The notes under the pieces: generated by a model | What the model saw: the letters and a program-made list of their open reading frames with translations, nothing else | Databases searched by the model: none | Told to the model about the DNA's origin: nothing | Position numbers and translations under genes: made by a program | Assembly: GCA_002811645.1 (NCBI GenBank) | Contig: PDIP01000054.1 | Location: forward strand, 1 to 56,567 | Source of the DNA: Corallochytrium limacisporum Hawaii | Taxonomy: Eukaryota > Protista > Pluriformea | Length of the DNA stretch: 56,567 nt | Direction: 5' to 3' | In this document: positions 10,392-20,471 of the stretch, one piece after another | How positions within the stretch are numbered: the stretch's first letter is position 1 | How the letters are laid out: each line of letters opens with the position of its first letter

Positions 10392-13300
10392 TCAATCGAT
10401 GGAGATCGTAAACTTGCCATTGCTGCCACCGTTTCGCCCATTCGATAAGTTGCGAGAATGTGTCCGTGGATTTCCAATGCCCCTGCCGCCAGAGAGCATA
10501 GGCTTGTGGCTTTTGCCCGTAACGTCCTCGTAGCCACCAATGTCCTTGAAGACAGAATCGGCATCCGTAGGAATCTTGATTAGACGCATGATGCGACGCC
10601 GCTGGAAGAACAGGGCCACTAGAACAGCCATCATCAGCAATAACACACGCATAGTGCGTATCCAAGCGCTTTCGCCCGTAGAGTTAGCGGTGGCTTGGTT
10701 GATCATCAGGTTCGATCCTCCGCGCATTCGTAGCTGCTGGGCCAAAGTCCCTGGATCTTCGTCTTCCTCGAGCCGGCCAACCGCAATACCGCGCGGGCCC
10801 TCGTCCCAGGCGACCTCATCGCCACCGGCATCACCAGCTCCGTCTTCTTCACCAGCTTCGTGTTCCGGACGCAGCGGGGTCCCAGGATCGTTCACATCTG
10901 CAGCTGGTCCTAGGTTATTGTCAAATTTGTCTCCCGAGTCGCCGTACGTCTGGCAGACGGCCCCGGGCCAAGGGTTCAGTTTGGCACGGCTAAGACGCGG
11001 AGGAATGCCATCGTAGCCGAAGCCAGTCCGGGCTGGCTCCGGGTGCTGTGATTGGTACGGAGCAGCAAGTCGTCGCCCACCAGCCAACAGGGACGGATTG
11101 GCTTCCTTCGTCGAGCTCCAGGACACGACATTCATCATCAGGCCAAGGCACGGGGCACCATCCTCCAGCAGATCCCCGTTCAGCGCATTACCTTCCGTGC
11201 CCTGCCTGGCCACGAGGTAGGCGTCGTCCAGACAGTTGGTGTCCCCGTAGACCGCGATCCGACCGGGTTCAACGTAGTTCTCACTGCCTGGCTCGTCACC
11301 ACGGAAGTTGTAGCCCTCCCAGAGACCAAGATACGGCACTCGACGGGTAATCACCGCCGAGTCCTTCACAATTTCTGCAGCTTCATCGAAGAAATCCGCT
11401 ACGTAGAGGTGGCCGCCTCGTGGGAATTCACGGATGGATGTGCCTGATGCATACATTGGCTTGTCAGGCAGGCTCCTGGAGGCATCGTCGGGAGACGGTG
11501 CATCTGGCGGATTAACGACCTGGTCCGCGTACGCCGGTAGTTGCCCACGGTATACACGACCACTGAGGCCAATACCAAAGGGTCGCAGCAGGTCATTTAG
11601 TGCTGGTATATTGCCTCCTGCCGCGTCCGGGCTCCACCACCGTCGCGTGTTCTCATCAAAAAAGGTGATTCGCTCCATCACCTGTAGATCATACCATTCT
11701 GCAAAGACGACCAACGAGAGCCCCTCTTCTTTAACGTCATTTTCAATCTTCTTTAGCTCACTATGATGAAAATCGTCTTCGGTGTCCACCAACATCAGGG
11801 CTCCGTAATTGCGAGCGTCAAAGCAAGTTAATGGTTTGTTGAGGACCTCCAGAAAGAATCCTTTGTTTCTCAGGGCCTTGAAGAAGGACCGGAAATTGGT
11901 ATGCGGGTGATCACCGTTCCAGTCTAGGGGATCACGTAGGCGCCTCAAATTGTCGCGAGGAAAGTAGCCGAGAGGGTACTGCAGAGAATGGTACTGGTCC
12001 CACAAGAGCCGCCACCGTCGAGGCGGGGTCCGTGAGACCATGACTTTTACCGGAATCTCTAGTTGCATGTGATTTCGAAGGTCGTCACGGTTGATCTGCG
12101 TTACATCTGTAATACCGCTGGGCACGAGTTGGGTTCGAATCGTCCCTTCGGCAGTCACTTTCTCGGTCCGGCGGATGGGAGGATCACGTACTACTTCAAT
12201 CGTTACCGCCAACCAACCTGAGAAAGGCCAGAACTGTTCCGCATAATCAAACTTCACACTGAGCCAATCTCCTCTGTCTCCGGGCACAAATACTGGGCCT
12301 GTGCCGGCAACGGCCGCGGGGTTCCTTCCACGGGGTTCAGCAGCTACCCAGTTGGCTTCGATGTCCCATGGGGCTATCGTGCTGGAGAGGGTGTAAGAGT
12401 TTAGAATGGTCAAGTTTGCAACAAGAGGTTGATGTGTCCGGTACATTGGCTGCTCACACCATGGCCACATGTACGGGCAATCTGTAAAGTCCAGGGTGGG
12501 CGGAAATGACGTGACCCGGGGTCTGAAATCCTTAGCCATGCTCAACGCCTTGGGGAGATCCAAAAGGCCCGCTCCTTGGTCAAAGATTCCAGTGCCGCCA
12601 TGCTCCTCATTGGTCACTTGCGCCTTTAGACGACGAGCGCTCAGTTGCAGAATCTGCTTCACTGTTGCCACATTGGGAGGTGCCGCAGCGAAGCCAAATC
12701 TACGATCCTGCATCTGTGCGTGTAGGACTTGCATGATCAAGGCCACAGCACCGGCCACTACAGGAGACGCCACAGACGTGCCCGAGAGCAGGCGACAGTG
12801 TTGTCCCGTGCTCTTCAGACCCAGCAGGGAGGTGCCCGGACTGAGAAGATCCGGCTTAACTCTGCCATAGCCCTGTGGAAGTTCCCACGTCGTCATACCT
12901 CGGCTTGAGAACTCTGCCAAAGTGATGCTTTCAGGGTCCCGAAGACCGTCGTCCTTCTTCGCCCAGTCCACGTCTTGCGATCCTAGAATGCGTGAGTCCG
13001 CAGCACCAACGCCAACAACATCCATTTGATCTCCTGGATTGTTGAGCGTACCATACAGTGGTCCATCGTTACCAATGGCGGACACGAGGACTACTCCATT
13101 CGCACTCATTTCCCACACTTTCTCCACAAATGGCCGATCAAGAAAATCCGGACCACCGATGCTCAGGTTGACGACATGAATTCCCCGATGGATAGTGTAA
13201 TTAAACGCATCCAGAAACCATGATGTGTAACTCAACTGCTTGTCCGTAAAGATCCGGAAAATATGCAAATCAACCTCCGGTGCTATCCCGGGACAACTCG

Positions 13301-14051
13301 GCATGATCGATCCTACAATACCTGCAACAAAACTGCCATGTCCTATGTGATCCTCAGTCACACCATCTTCAGTCCAAGTGACCAGCTCTCGCACATGTCG
13401 AAACGCACGATTCCCTTGTGATAATCCCGTGTCAAAGATGCCGACCCGAACCCCCTGGCCCAGAATGTTGTTGGCCCAGGCAGCTTGCTCGCACTGCAAA
13501 TCTTCTACTACTTTGACTGGTGCTGCTTTGGCAGCGCCTGCCATCAAGGACCTGCCCGTTGGCCACCTCACGAAGCGTGGTGTGTTCAGTTGGTACAATT
13601 CATTGTCGTCTCCGATTCCTTTCAGAACCTTTTCCGGGTCAATGACCAAATCTTCTCTAATGTGCCTCACTCCTTGAGCATGAATGCTTTGTAACTGCTC
13701 CACACTGGGAATGTTACTGCAACCGCTCAGCAGCAGCCATTCGTCACCAAAGCAACTTGTACTCAGTTCTACGACAGCCAGATCACTGGGATAGTTCGGT
13801 CCCTGAAGGGAACCTGTTGAAAACGGTCCCGGTGCAATCTTGTAATATATCCCTACGCTATCCGAATGTTTGCAATATGTTTCCGCATAGTTAGCCAGCA
13901 ACCCGTGGGAGACCCGCTCCACAATATTCGGCCCATAGAGCTGTTCATCGAGGACCACAAAAGTTCTCAGTGACTTATCGGCTTGGTCGTCCGTTGAACT
14001 ATGCGAAAACGCTATCAGGACCATAACAGCCGTGATTAACAACCTTTTCAT
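10392..14051 (-). CDS. MBTPS1: Membrane-bound transcription factor site-1 protease (S1P/SKI-1, subtilisin S8)
   Basis: 1219 aa with signal peptide; catalytic motifs FDTG, GHGSFVAG, GNDG and SGTSVASPVVAGA; S1P signatures 'SYTSWFLDAFNY', 'DCPYMWP' and 'DPLDWNGDHPHTNF'; C-terminal TM helix plus basic tail. Confidence 0.96.
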   Translation of the reverse strand: MKRLLITAVMVLIAFSHSSTDDQADKSLRTFVVLDEQLYGPNIVERVSHGLLANYAETYCKHSDSVGIYYKIAPGPFSTGSLQGPNYPSDLAVVELSTSCFGDEWLLLSGCSNIPSVEQLQSIHAQGVRHIREDLVIDPEKVLKGIGDDNELYQLNTPRFVRWPTGRSLMAGAAKAAPVKVVEDLQCEQAAWANNILGQGVRVGIFDTGLSQGNRAFRHVRELVTWTEDGVTEDHIGHGSFVAGIVGSIMPSCPGIAPEVDLHIFRIFTDKQLSYTSWFLDAFNYTIHRGIHVVNLSIGGPDFLDRPFVEKVWEMSANGVVLVSAIGNDGPLYGTLNNPGDQMDVVGVGAADSRILGSQDVDWAKKDDGLRDPESITLAEFSSRGMTTWELPQGYGRVKPDLLSPGTSLLGLKSTGQHCRLLSGTSVASPVVAGAVALIMQVLHAQMQDRRFGFAAAPPNVATVKQILQLSARRLKAQVTNEEHGGTGIFDQGAGLLDLPKALSMAKDFRPRVTSFPPTLDFTDCPYMWPWCEQPMYRTHQPLVANLTILNSYTLSSTIAPWDIEANWVAAEPRGRNPAAVAGTGPVFVPGDRGDWLSVKFDYAEQFWPFSGWLAVTIEVVRDPPIRRTEKVTAEGTIRTQLVPSGITDVTQINRDDLRNHMQLEIPVKVMVSRTPPRRWRLLWDQYHSLQYPLGYFPRDNLRRLRDPLDWNGDHPHTNFRSFFKALRNKGFFLEVLNKPLTCFDARNYGALMLVDTEDDFHHSELKKIENDVKEEGLSLVVFAEWYDLQVMERITFFDENTRRWWSPDAAGGNIPALNDLLRPFGIGLSGRVYRGQLPAYADQVVNPPDAPSPDDASRSLPDKPMYASGTSIREFPRGGHLYVADFFDEAAEIVKDSAVITRRVPYLGLWEGYNFRGDEPGSENYVEPGRIAVYGDTNCLDDAYLVARQGTEGNALNGDLLEDGAPCLGLMMNVVSWSSTKEANPSLLAGGRRLAAPYQSQHPEPARTGFGYDGIPPRLSRAKLNPWPGAVCQTYGDSGDKFDNNLGPAADVNDPGTPLRPEHEAGEEDGAGDAGGDEVAWDEGPRGIAVGRLEEDEDPGTLAQQLRMRGGSNLMINQATANSTGESAWIRTMRVLLLMMAVLVALFFQRRRIMRLIKIPTDADSVFKDIGGYEDVTGKSHKPMLSGGRGIGNPRTHSRNLSNGRNGGSNGKFTISID

Positions 14052-14815
14052 TTTTTCTTGGTACGGGCAGAGCCCGACTACTGGCCGTTAAATCACATGC
14101 TCTGCACACGTCACCATCCAGGTTTCAAGGGAAAACACGGACAGCCACCAGCTATGCTTGACAGAAGTCCCAACAAATCCGTGTAACACTCAGTTGATCA
14201 TTTGATACATGGATCTGCTTCTTCAACCAAAGTTCGTAAAGAATGAACTAACGTATTGCCAAAATACCTGCCGTTCAGGTTGAAATTCGTGTCTCCAAAT
14301 TGCTGGCATCCGAATCCGGGTGCAGTGGTTTCACCGTGTTATGAGACCCGCCCCCAAGCCATTTCCGTTTTTGACATACCTCGCGACCGACAGTTTTGAA
14401 ATCTTCTCATTTTACACTGCAGTGTGGCGGTGTAGGGGATACTAACCGAAGAAACAAAAAAGCATCGTGCCCCCGTCCTGCTAGGTGTGGGCCTGGGCCA
14501 CCACATTCCCTGGCCCGATAGTGTGCTGACTTTGTGCAATGGCTCCCCGACGGCTCAATTTCACCGCCATGTGTAAAGGGAGTCCGCCGGGGGGGGGGGG
14601 TTCGTCTCTCCGATGGACGATCTAGCCTCGGTGTTGGTGTCAGCAATCAACCCTGACCATGCTCCAGAGCTCCTAGGCCACCGGTGCCACCATGATCACG
14701 TGAGGTACGTGAAAATGTGTGTGTATATATATTCGGTAGCAGTGAATACAATGACTTATTCCGGTCTTTCAAATACCTGACACAAAGTATGCCTAGCGAT
14801 ATGACAAACACCACA

Positions 14816-15895
14816 ATGGCGAAGTTCCGTGCCGGTATTTTGGGTGCTACTGGTACAGTGGGTCAGCGGTTCATTCAACTTCTGGAGACCCATCCCCTTA
14901 TTGAGGTCCGTGTACTCGGTGCGAGTGAGCGAAGCGCCGGAAAGAAATACAAAGATGCTGTGAAGTGGAAGCTGCCCACAAACATCCCCAGCAATCTTGC
15001 GGAGTCCACCGTAGTTACCTGCGAGCCCGAGAACTTTGTGGGACAGTGTGATCTGGTCTTCAGCGGTCTGGATTCCAGTGTTGCTGGCCCTGTGGAGGTC
15101 GCCATGGCTGAGGCTGGCCTTGCCGTGTTCAGTAACGCCAAGAACCACCGCATGGACAAGGATGTCCCCTTGGTCGTGCCCACTGCTAACCTTGAGCACC
15201 TGAAGATGATCGAGGGCCAGCGCACCGACGGACTGAAGTACAAGAACAATGGATGCATCGTGTGTAACCCAAATTGTGCCACAACGGGTCTAATTGCACC
15301 TCTGCGCGCCCTCCATGAGGCTTACGGTCTGTCCAGAGTGAATGTAGTGACCATGCAGGCCATCAGTGGTGCTGGCTACCCCGGTGTTGCCTCCCTGGAC
15401 ATTCTCGACAACGTGGTGCCTTACATCAGTAGTGAGGAGGACAAGCTCGAGACCGAGCCACAGAAGATCTTGGGCGATGAGAGTTTTACTATCAGTGCTC
15501 AGTGCAATAGGGTACCGGTCCTGGACGGCCACTTGGAGTGCCTGAGCATCGAATTCGGATCCCAGAGCAACGCTAACGGCAAGCGCAGCGCCAAGCCCAG
15601 CATTGATGAGATCAAGGAGTGCCTTAGAAACTATCGTCCCAGCGCCTCAAAGTACAATCTGCCTTCTCTGCCCCAGACGTGTATCGAAGTCATGGAGGCA
15701 CCGGACCGTCCCCAGCCGCGTCTGGATCGCGATCTGGGCAAGGGTTACACTGTTGCTGTCGGTCGCATTCGTGAATGTCCGTTGTTCGATGTGCGCATGG
15801 TTGTCCTCAGCCATAACACAATCATCGGAGCCGCTGGTGGGGCCCTCTTGAACGCAGAGGCTGCCATAAATATGGGCCTGATCCAGCGCCTGTAG
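14816..15895 (+). CDS. asd: Aspartate-semialdehyde dehydrogenase (fungal HOM2/archaeal type)
   Basis: GILGATGTVGQRF NAD-binding motif, CNPNCAT catalytic Cys, TMQAISGAG, CNRVPVLDGH, SHNTIIGAAGG. Start set at the ATG at 14816; upstream in-frame ATGs at 14789 and 14801 are alternatives. Confidence 0.95.
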   Translation: MAKFRAGILGATGTVGQRFIQLLETHPLIEVRVLGASERSAGKKYKDAVKWKLPTNIPSNLAESTVVTCEPENFVGQCDLVFSGLDSSVAGPVEVAMAEAGLAVFSNAKNHRMDKDVPLVVPTANLEHLKMIEGQRTDGLKYKNNGCIVCNPNCATTGLIAPLRALHEAYGLSRVNVVTMQAISGAGYPGVASLDILDNVVPYISSEEDKLETEPQKILGDESFTISAQCNRVPVLDGHLECLSIEFGSQSNANGKRSAKPSIDEIKECLRNYRPSASKYNLPSLPQTCIEVMEAPDRPQPRLDRDLGKGYTVAVGRIRECPLFDVRMVVLSHNTIIGAAGGALLNAEAAINMGLIQRL

Positions 15896-15990
15896 GTTCT
15901 CTGCGATTTGAACAGTCATGGTCGACATCGTTTATTACATGTACATAATATTCCTTTAATGCAAACACTAATCAAGGTTCTGCAAAAGCC

Positions 15991-16461
15991 TTATTTCGGG
16001 AAGCTACCAGGGACGATAGGCATGCCAGCCTCCTTCCATGCGGAGAAGCCACCGTTTACGCTGCGGACGTTTTCATAGCCCATGTCTACGAGTGTCTTTG
16101 CTGCCATGACACTGCGAACGCCACCTGCACAGTATAATAAGATTGGGTCCCACTCACTGAAATGATCCTGAATATCTCTGTCAAGAACTCCACGTCCAAT
16201 ATGTGTGGCGCCATGGGCGTACTCACGTGCCCATTCCCTATCCTCGCGGACATCGACCAGGTTCCATTTCTCCTCCGACTGAAGGCGGTGAGCCTCCTGT
16301 ACATCTACATGCTCCACCTGATCTCGTGTAGCATCAACTATGGCCTTGAATTTTGGACCAAGCAAAACACGTCCTGAGTGGAAAAATCTGCTTGTGTAGA
16401 CAGATGCTGCATAGATGCGACCCCGCAGAAGCTGCCGCCCCGAGATACTTAAAATAGTCAT
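15991..16461 (-). CDS. Single-domain rhodanese/sulfurtransferase with a probable mitochondrial presequence
   Basis: LVDVREDREW, active-site loop YCAGGVRS, GGFSAWKEAG; Arg/Ser-rich N-terminus without acidic residues. Confidence 0.88.
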   Translation of the reverse strand: MTILSISGRQLLRGRIYAASVYTSRFFHSGRVLLGPKFKAIVDATRDQVEHVDVQEAHRLQSEEKWNLVDVREDREWAREYAHGATHIGRGVLDRDIQDHFSEWDPILLYCAGGVRSVMAAKTLVDMGYENVRSVNGGFSAWKEAGMPIVPGSFPK

Positions 16462-17221
16462 TGTTTGGCCTGCAAACCTACCGATTCCACAACTCCTTAT
16501 GGTCTGGCATTGAAGCCCAAATCTTTAGTCAATGACTTCTCTAGAGGTTTACAGTCTATTTAAACACCATCAACCTTCTGAAAGTTTGGAAATCCCAATT
16601 GAGCGACCACAACAAAGGGCCATCCTTTGCTGACGATCTCTCTCGATCGGATGCCCCAACAGACAGCCTTGCGCAGGGGCCACCCAGACCGCGATGGCTA
16701 TCAGCTTCTCAGTAAGGAAATCAATCCATCGCCTACAGTCCATACATTCAGTACCGAAAACAGACGGTACTTTGGGTCCTGGAGGCCCCCTGCGGATGGA
16801 TTATTGCCTTTTTTGACCGCATCGCAAGTGATGGGTGCGCTTCACTCGTGGGTCCGAACGCTTCGCAATGCTTTCTAGCCCCCCCCCCCAACCGGCGGTT
16901 TGAGGCCGCAGACGGCTGAGACCCGCCGCGCACAGGTTTCCACGTCCCAAAGTCCCGACGACAAAGTTAGTACTGAATGTACGGAAAAGACCCGCGTCGA
17001 GAAACCGACCGTTCCGGAGGTGACGGCGGGCCTCCGAGGTTACGGTGCAGGTGGTCTCGAGGAGGGCACACGGGCGAGCGCAGTGACCGGATCAGGAAGC
17101 CGGTCTCTTGCGCTCTATTGCGTTCTATTTACGGTAATGCACCAGATCAGCCCGTGGGTTATGGTGTGTATCTTGGGAATCTGTACGGTACGTGAGTTGA
17201 CATAAACATTTTTTCTGTCTG

Positions 17222-18110
17222 GATACAACGAAGGCACGGAGAGAAAAGACTTTGGCCGAGAAAGTCACGGTCGTAAATGACTCTCTGCTCAAAGAACTGG
17301 AGGACGCCGAAATGAACGCAGATTGGGATGGTCTGCTCAGTGATGTGCTCCATCGCACTACCACTCGGTAACACAAGAGAGCAAAGCAGCACCATGAATT
17401 TGGAGGGATAGTGGAACAGGAGCGTAAGATGCGTGAAGCAATCCCGGATGAACCCAGACAGCTGAGGTCAGGCTCCTGAGGCATTGGACAGGAACAGGAG
17501 GAAATGAAGGTACTGCGCAGCTTTGTCATTGACCACATCAGACTGAGTCGACATCTGCAGAAGTTCTTGTAGTTGCAAGCAGAATACAGAGACTTTGAAA
17601 GGGCATGTGCAATGGAATGAGAAGGTCTACACAGTCCTGCAAAGTCGGATAGATGAAGCCACAACAGACATGGCCACTCTGCGTCGCCGGGCAAGACAGG
17701 CAGGATACGAAGATTTCTTGCACGCAATTAATGAGCATGGACCTGTTTTCTTGGATACACAGCCCAGTAATGGGTACGAAGCATCTAGGATTGGAAAGCT
17801 TACGCCCAAGGTCTCCCAAGCCGGTCTGATGGATACCTTACGGAAAGAAGAGCGCAAGAAAGAGACCGAAGAGGTGTTGAGTGGTATCGTTCGACCCAAG
17901 AACTTAACTTTGGGACGGAAGATCCAGGTTGAGCAATGGATGAAGGCTGAATATGTGCACGTGGACGCACTGTCCAGCGGAACCAGCAAGCGGCGTGACG
18001 CGGGACCGGAAACAACACTCTATGGCTCGGGCCCAACATCTAATATACAGAAGCCTGGAAAGCGGTCCGTTCCAGATCTCGAACATAAACCTGAGATCCA
18101 CCTCAATTGA
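17222..18110 (+). pseudogene. Stop-interrupted, frameshifted coding-like locus of unknown family
   Basis: A helical, charged protein-like frame from 17222 is broken by TAA (17369), TGA (17477), TAG (17570) and TGA (17618). It continues in the +1 frame as ORF 17595..18110. An antisense shadow ORF (17125..17727) overlaps it, as seen for real genes in this window. Confidence 0.45.
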
Positions 18111-18276
18111 GAAGAGAGCGACGGAACCTTTGTGTCATCAGAAGCAAAGTTTAAACCGTCCATCGCAAGGAAGCCACTTCCACAGTCGCAAATTCAAATC
18201 TAATTATACACACGTGCAAAGCTTTATGTGATATTTTCTATAATACTTACCCAGAGTGCAAATAGTCTGTGTCAAA

Positions 18277-19347
18277 TCATTCAAGTTTAAGAGCTTTGAT
18301 AGCCATGCTGAGAGCACCATCAAAGGTTTGATTGCCACCAATGAAACCCGCGGCGTGCACAAAGACGCAGCCATCAATACCTGAAACTTCGCTTAGATCC
18401 GCATCACGGAGACCGCGCCATGCCTCTGGCAAGGAACGGCGATTTTCGAAGCCAATATCGCTAGCAGGTACGCACTGGACACGCCACTTTTCCCCGCTGT
18501 CTGGATAGATGACGTATTTTATAGGCGTCTCCACGTGCATCTCAGGTTCCAGTTCGAGTAAATGCTTCTTCCAAGGACAGAACTTACCCACGACCACGAT
18601 TTCGCCACTGGAGTGATTCTCATAACGCTTATCGATCATCTCCCGGACAATGTCCCGGGCCGGCAGCCATTCCAGCGCAATATGTTCCACACAGTCCACA
18701 AACTCTGAGTGACACAGGGACATTGCCTTCTTGAAGCGTTCATCCTCCTTCTCTGGGGTAACCTTTTCGTTCCAGCTCGGGTTCAAGCGGTCCACTCTTG
18801 CCGGTAGCGAAGTGCGATCCTTGTATGCGGGCCTGATGTCGATCGGGTACTGAGCAACCCCATTGTCGTTACCGTCCAGACCCTCAATAAAGTCCGTATA
18901 GACACGCTGGTAAACCTCTTCGAGCCTAGGGTCATCACGGGACCATCCGAGTACGTTTGCCACGATCTCCCGACCGAAGTGCTTGTAGACGAGTCCGGCA
19001 CTGCTGAGCTTGATACTGTGTTTGTCATCAAAGGTCTCATCGAAGCCACGCTGATGGTGGTCGTATCGGTGCTTCTCAGGAATGTACTCAGCACCCACAT
19101 CCACCAAGATGTCAGTGGTCTCCCACACTGAGGGATCTCTGGAGCGAACAACTCGTCCATTCTTGAAATCGTTGCTGTATTTGTACAGCATGGCGCATGC
19201 CGTAGCCTCGTCAGCATGAAAAGAACCACTGTGGGTGCCGATCACCTTCTGAGGTGCCATGGTGCCCAAAAATTTAGTTTCGCAAAATAGCGGCGTTAGT
19301 GTCCTTGCTTTTGATACTATTCCTCTGGCTACGATCTGGCGCAGCAT
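18277..19347 (-). CDS. MYG1: MYG1 exonuclease (UPF0160, DHH-like)
   Basis: IGTHSGSFHADE, VDVG, YDHHQRGF, KLSSAGLVYKHFG, LPEAWRGLRD, FVHAAGFIGGN. First ATG at 19347, second ATG at 19260. Confidence 0.95.
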   Translation of the reverse strand: MLRQIVARGIVSKARTLTPLFCETKFLGTMAPQKVIGTHSGSFHADEATACAMLYKYSNDFKNGRVVRSRDPSVWETTDILVDVGAEYIPEKHRYDHHQRGFDETFDDKHSIKLSSAGLVYKHFGREIVANVLGWSRDDPRLEEVYQRVYTDFIEGLDGNDNGVAQYPIDIRPAYKDRTSLPARVDRLNPSWNEKVTPEKEDERFKKAMSLCHSEFVDCVEHIALEWLPARDIVREMIDKRYENHSSGEIVVVGKFCPWKKHLLELEPEMHVETPIKYVIYPDSGEKWRVQCVPASDIGFENRRSLPEAWRGLRDADLSEVSGIDGCVFVHAAGFIGGNQTFDGALSMAIKALKLE

Positions 19348-20405
19348 CCGAAACGCTGAGACCAAATGACAATCAGTACTGCGGGAAAGCTTACAGAGTA
19401 TTGATTAGGGCCGTCATCATAATATTTTATCATGATATACCACCAGAGACAAACAGTCCAATTTAATTGCACAGCAACCTACTAGAACTCATGATCCCGG
19501 CAACCGAGAACTCCGAGAAACTGCACCGTTGTGCTTCCTCCCCCTGCTGCGCGCTCTTTGCCCGCAAAGATCGCGTGCGGTCGCCACAACTTGGGTCGTA
19601 ATTTGATATCCTTCAATCCAGCATTCTTGAAATTGTCCCCTCCACCCCCCGCTCTTTCTTCTCCAAGCGACACATCCCAACCGAAGCCACTGGTTCAAAC
19701 AGTACCAACGTCGATGGGGACCGGCAGTCCTCTCTGTTGGAGCGAACCCCGGTAGATTCACTATAGAAACAATTAGGGAATGGGTGTGCGGGGGCCGGGT
19801 GCTGTCGACGGCACACTTATTTTAGAACATATAGGTCTCCGTCTTTACACCTTCACAAATTTGGTACTAATATCATTGCTGTTATGTCCGACGTTTCTTA
19901 ATTTAACCCTGCGTAGAACGGGGGACGTAGATCGCCCCGGGAACAAGATTATTTTTCACATTGTCCGACAAGCCCCATTTGCGCCAATAGTTCCACTACC
20001 AAATTTTCTTCATGTTACCATGTAATCATGGCCCATGTATTGAGCTGCCACCTCAGGAACCCCTCCCCCCCCACCCGGTCCCCCCTTCGCGTCGTCTCCG
20101 CTCGCCAAGATTTATTGGTCCGGTAGGTTCCGAACCAGTGAGAGGCCCCGGAACACACCACTGTCGGTGACACCAATATTTGATCGAAACCATTTGGTGA
20201 GGGTGGAGGGGTGTTGGGGGGGGGGAAATGAGCCCCCTGGGCAGTGTGAGGGTTTTTGGCCTTCTTGGCGGGGTGTGTTTTCTTTAATTCTTCTTTTTTT
20301 TTTTGCTGTCTTTCTTTTTCGGGCCGCCGTCTGGACCCAAAACACCAGCCATGAAATCATTTCCTCACTGTGCATCAATTGCACCAAACGGGAAGAGGCT
20401 GGACC

Positions 20406-20471
20406 GAGAGAGAGACGGAGACACAGAGAGACAGAGAGAGAGAGACAGAGACACAGACAGAGACAGAGAGA
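20406..20471. repeat. Imperfect (GAGACA/GA)n microsatellite
   Basis: Read directly. Confidence 0.9.

Noticed and set aside
19373-19420. Minus-strand ATGATGA...CTGA upstream of MYG1
   Set aside because: Only about 48 nt long with no terminal stem.
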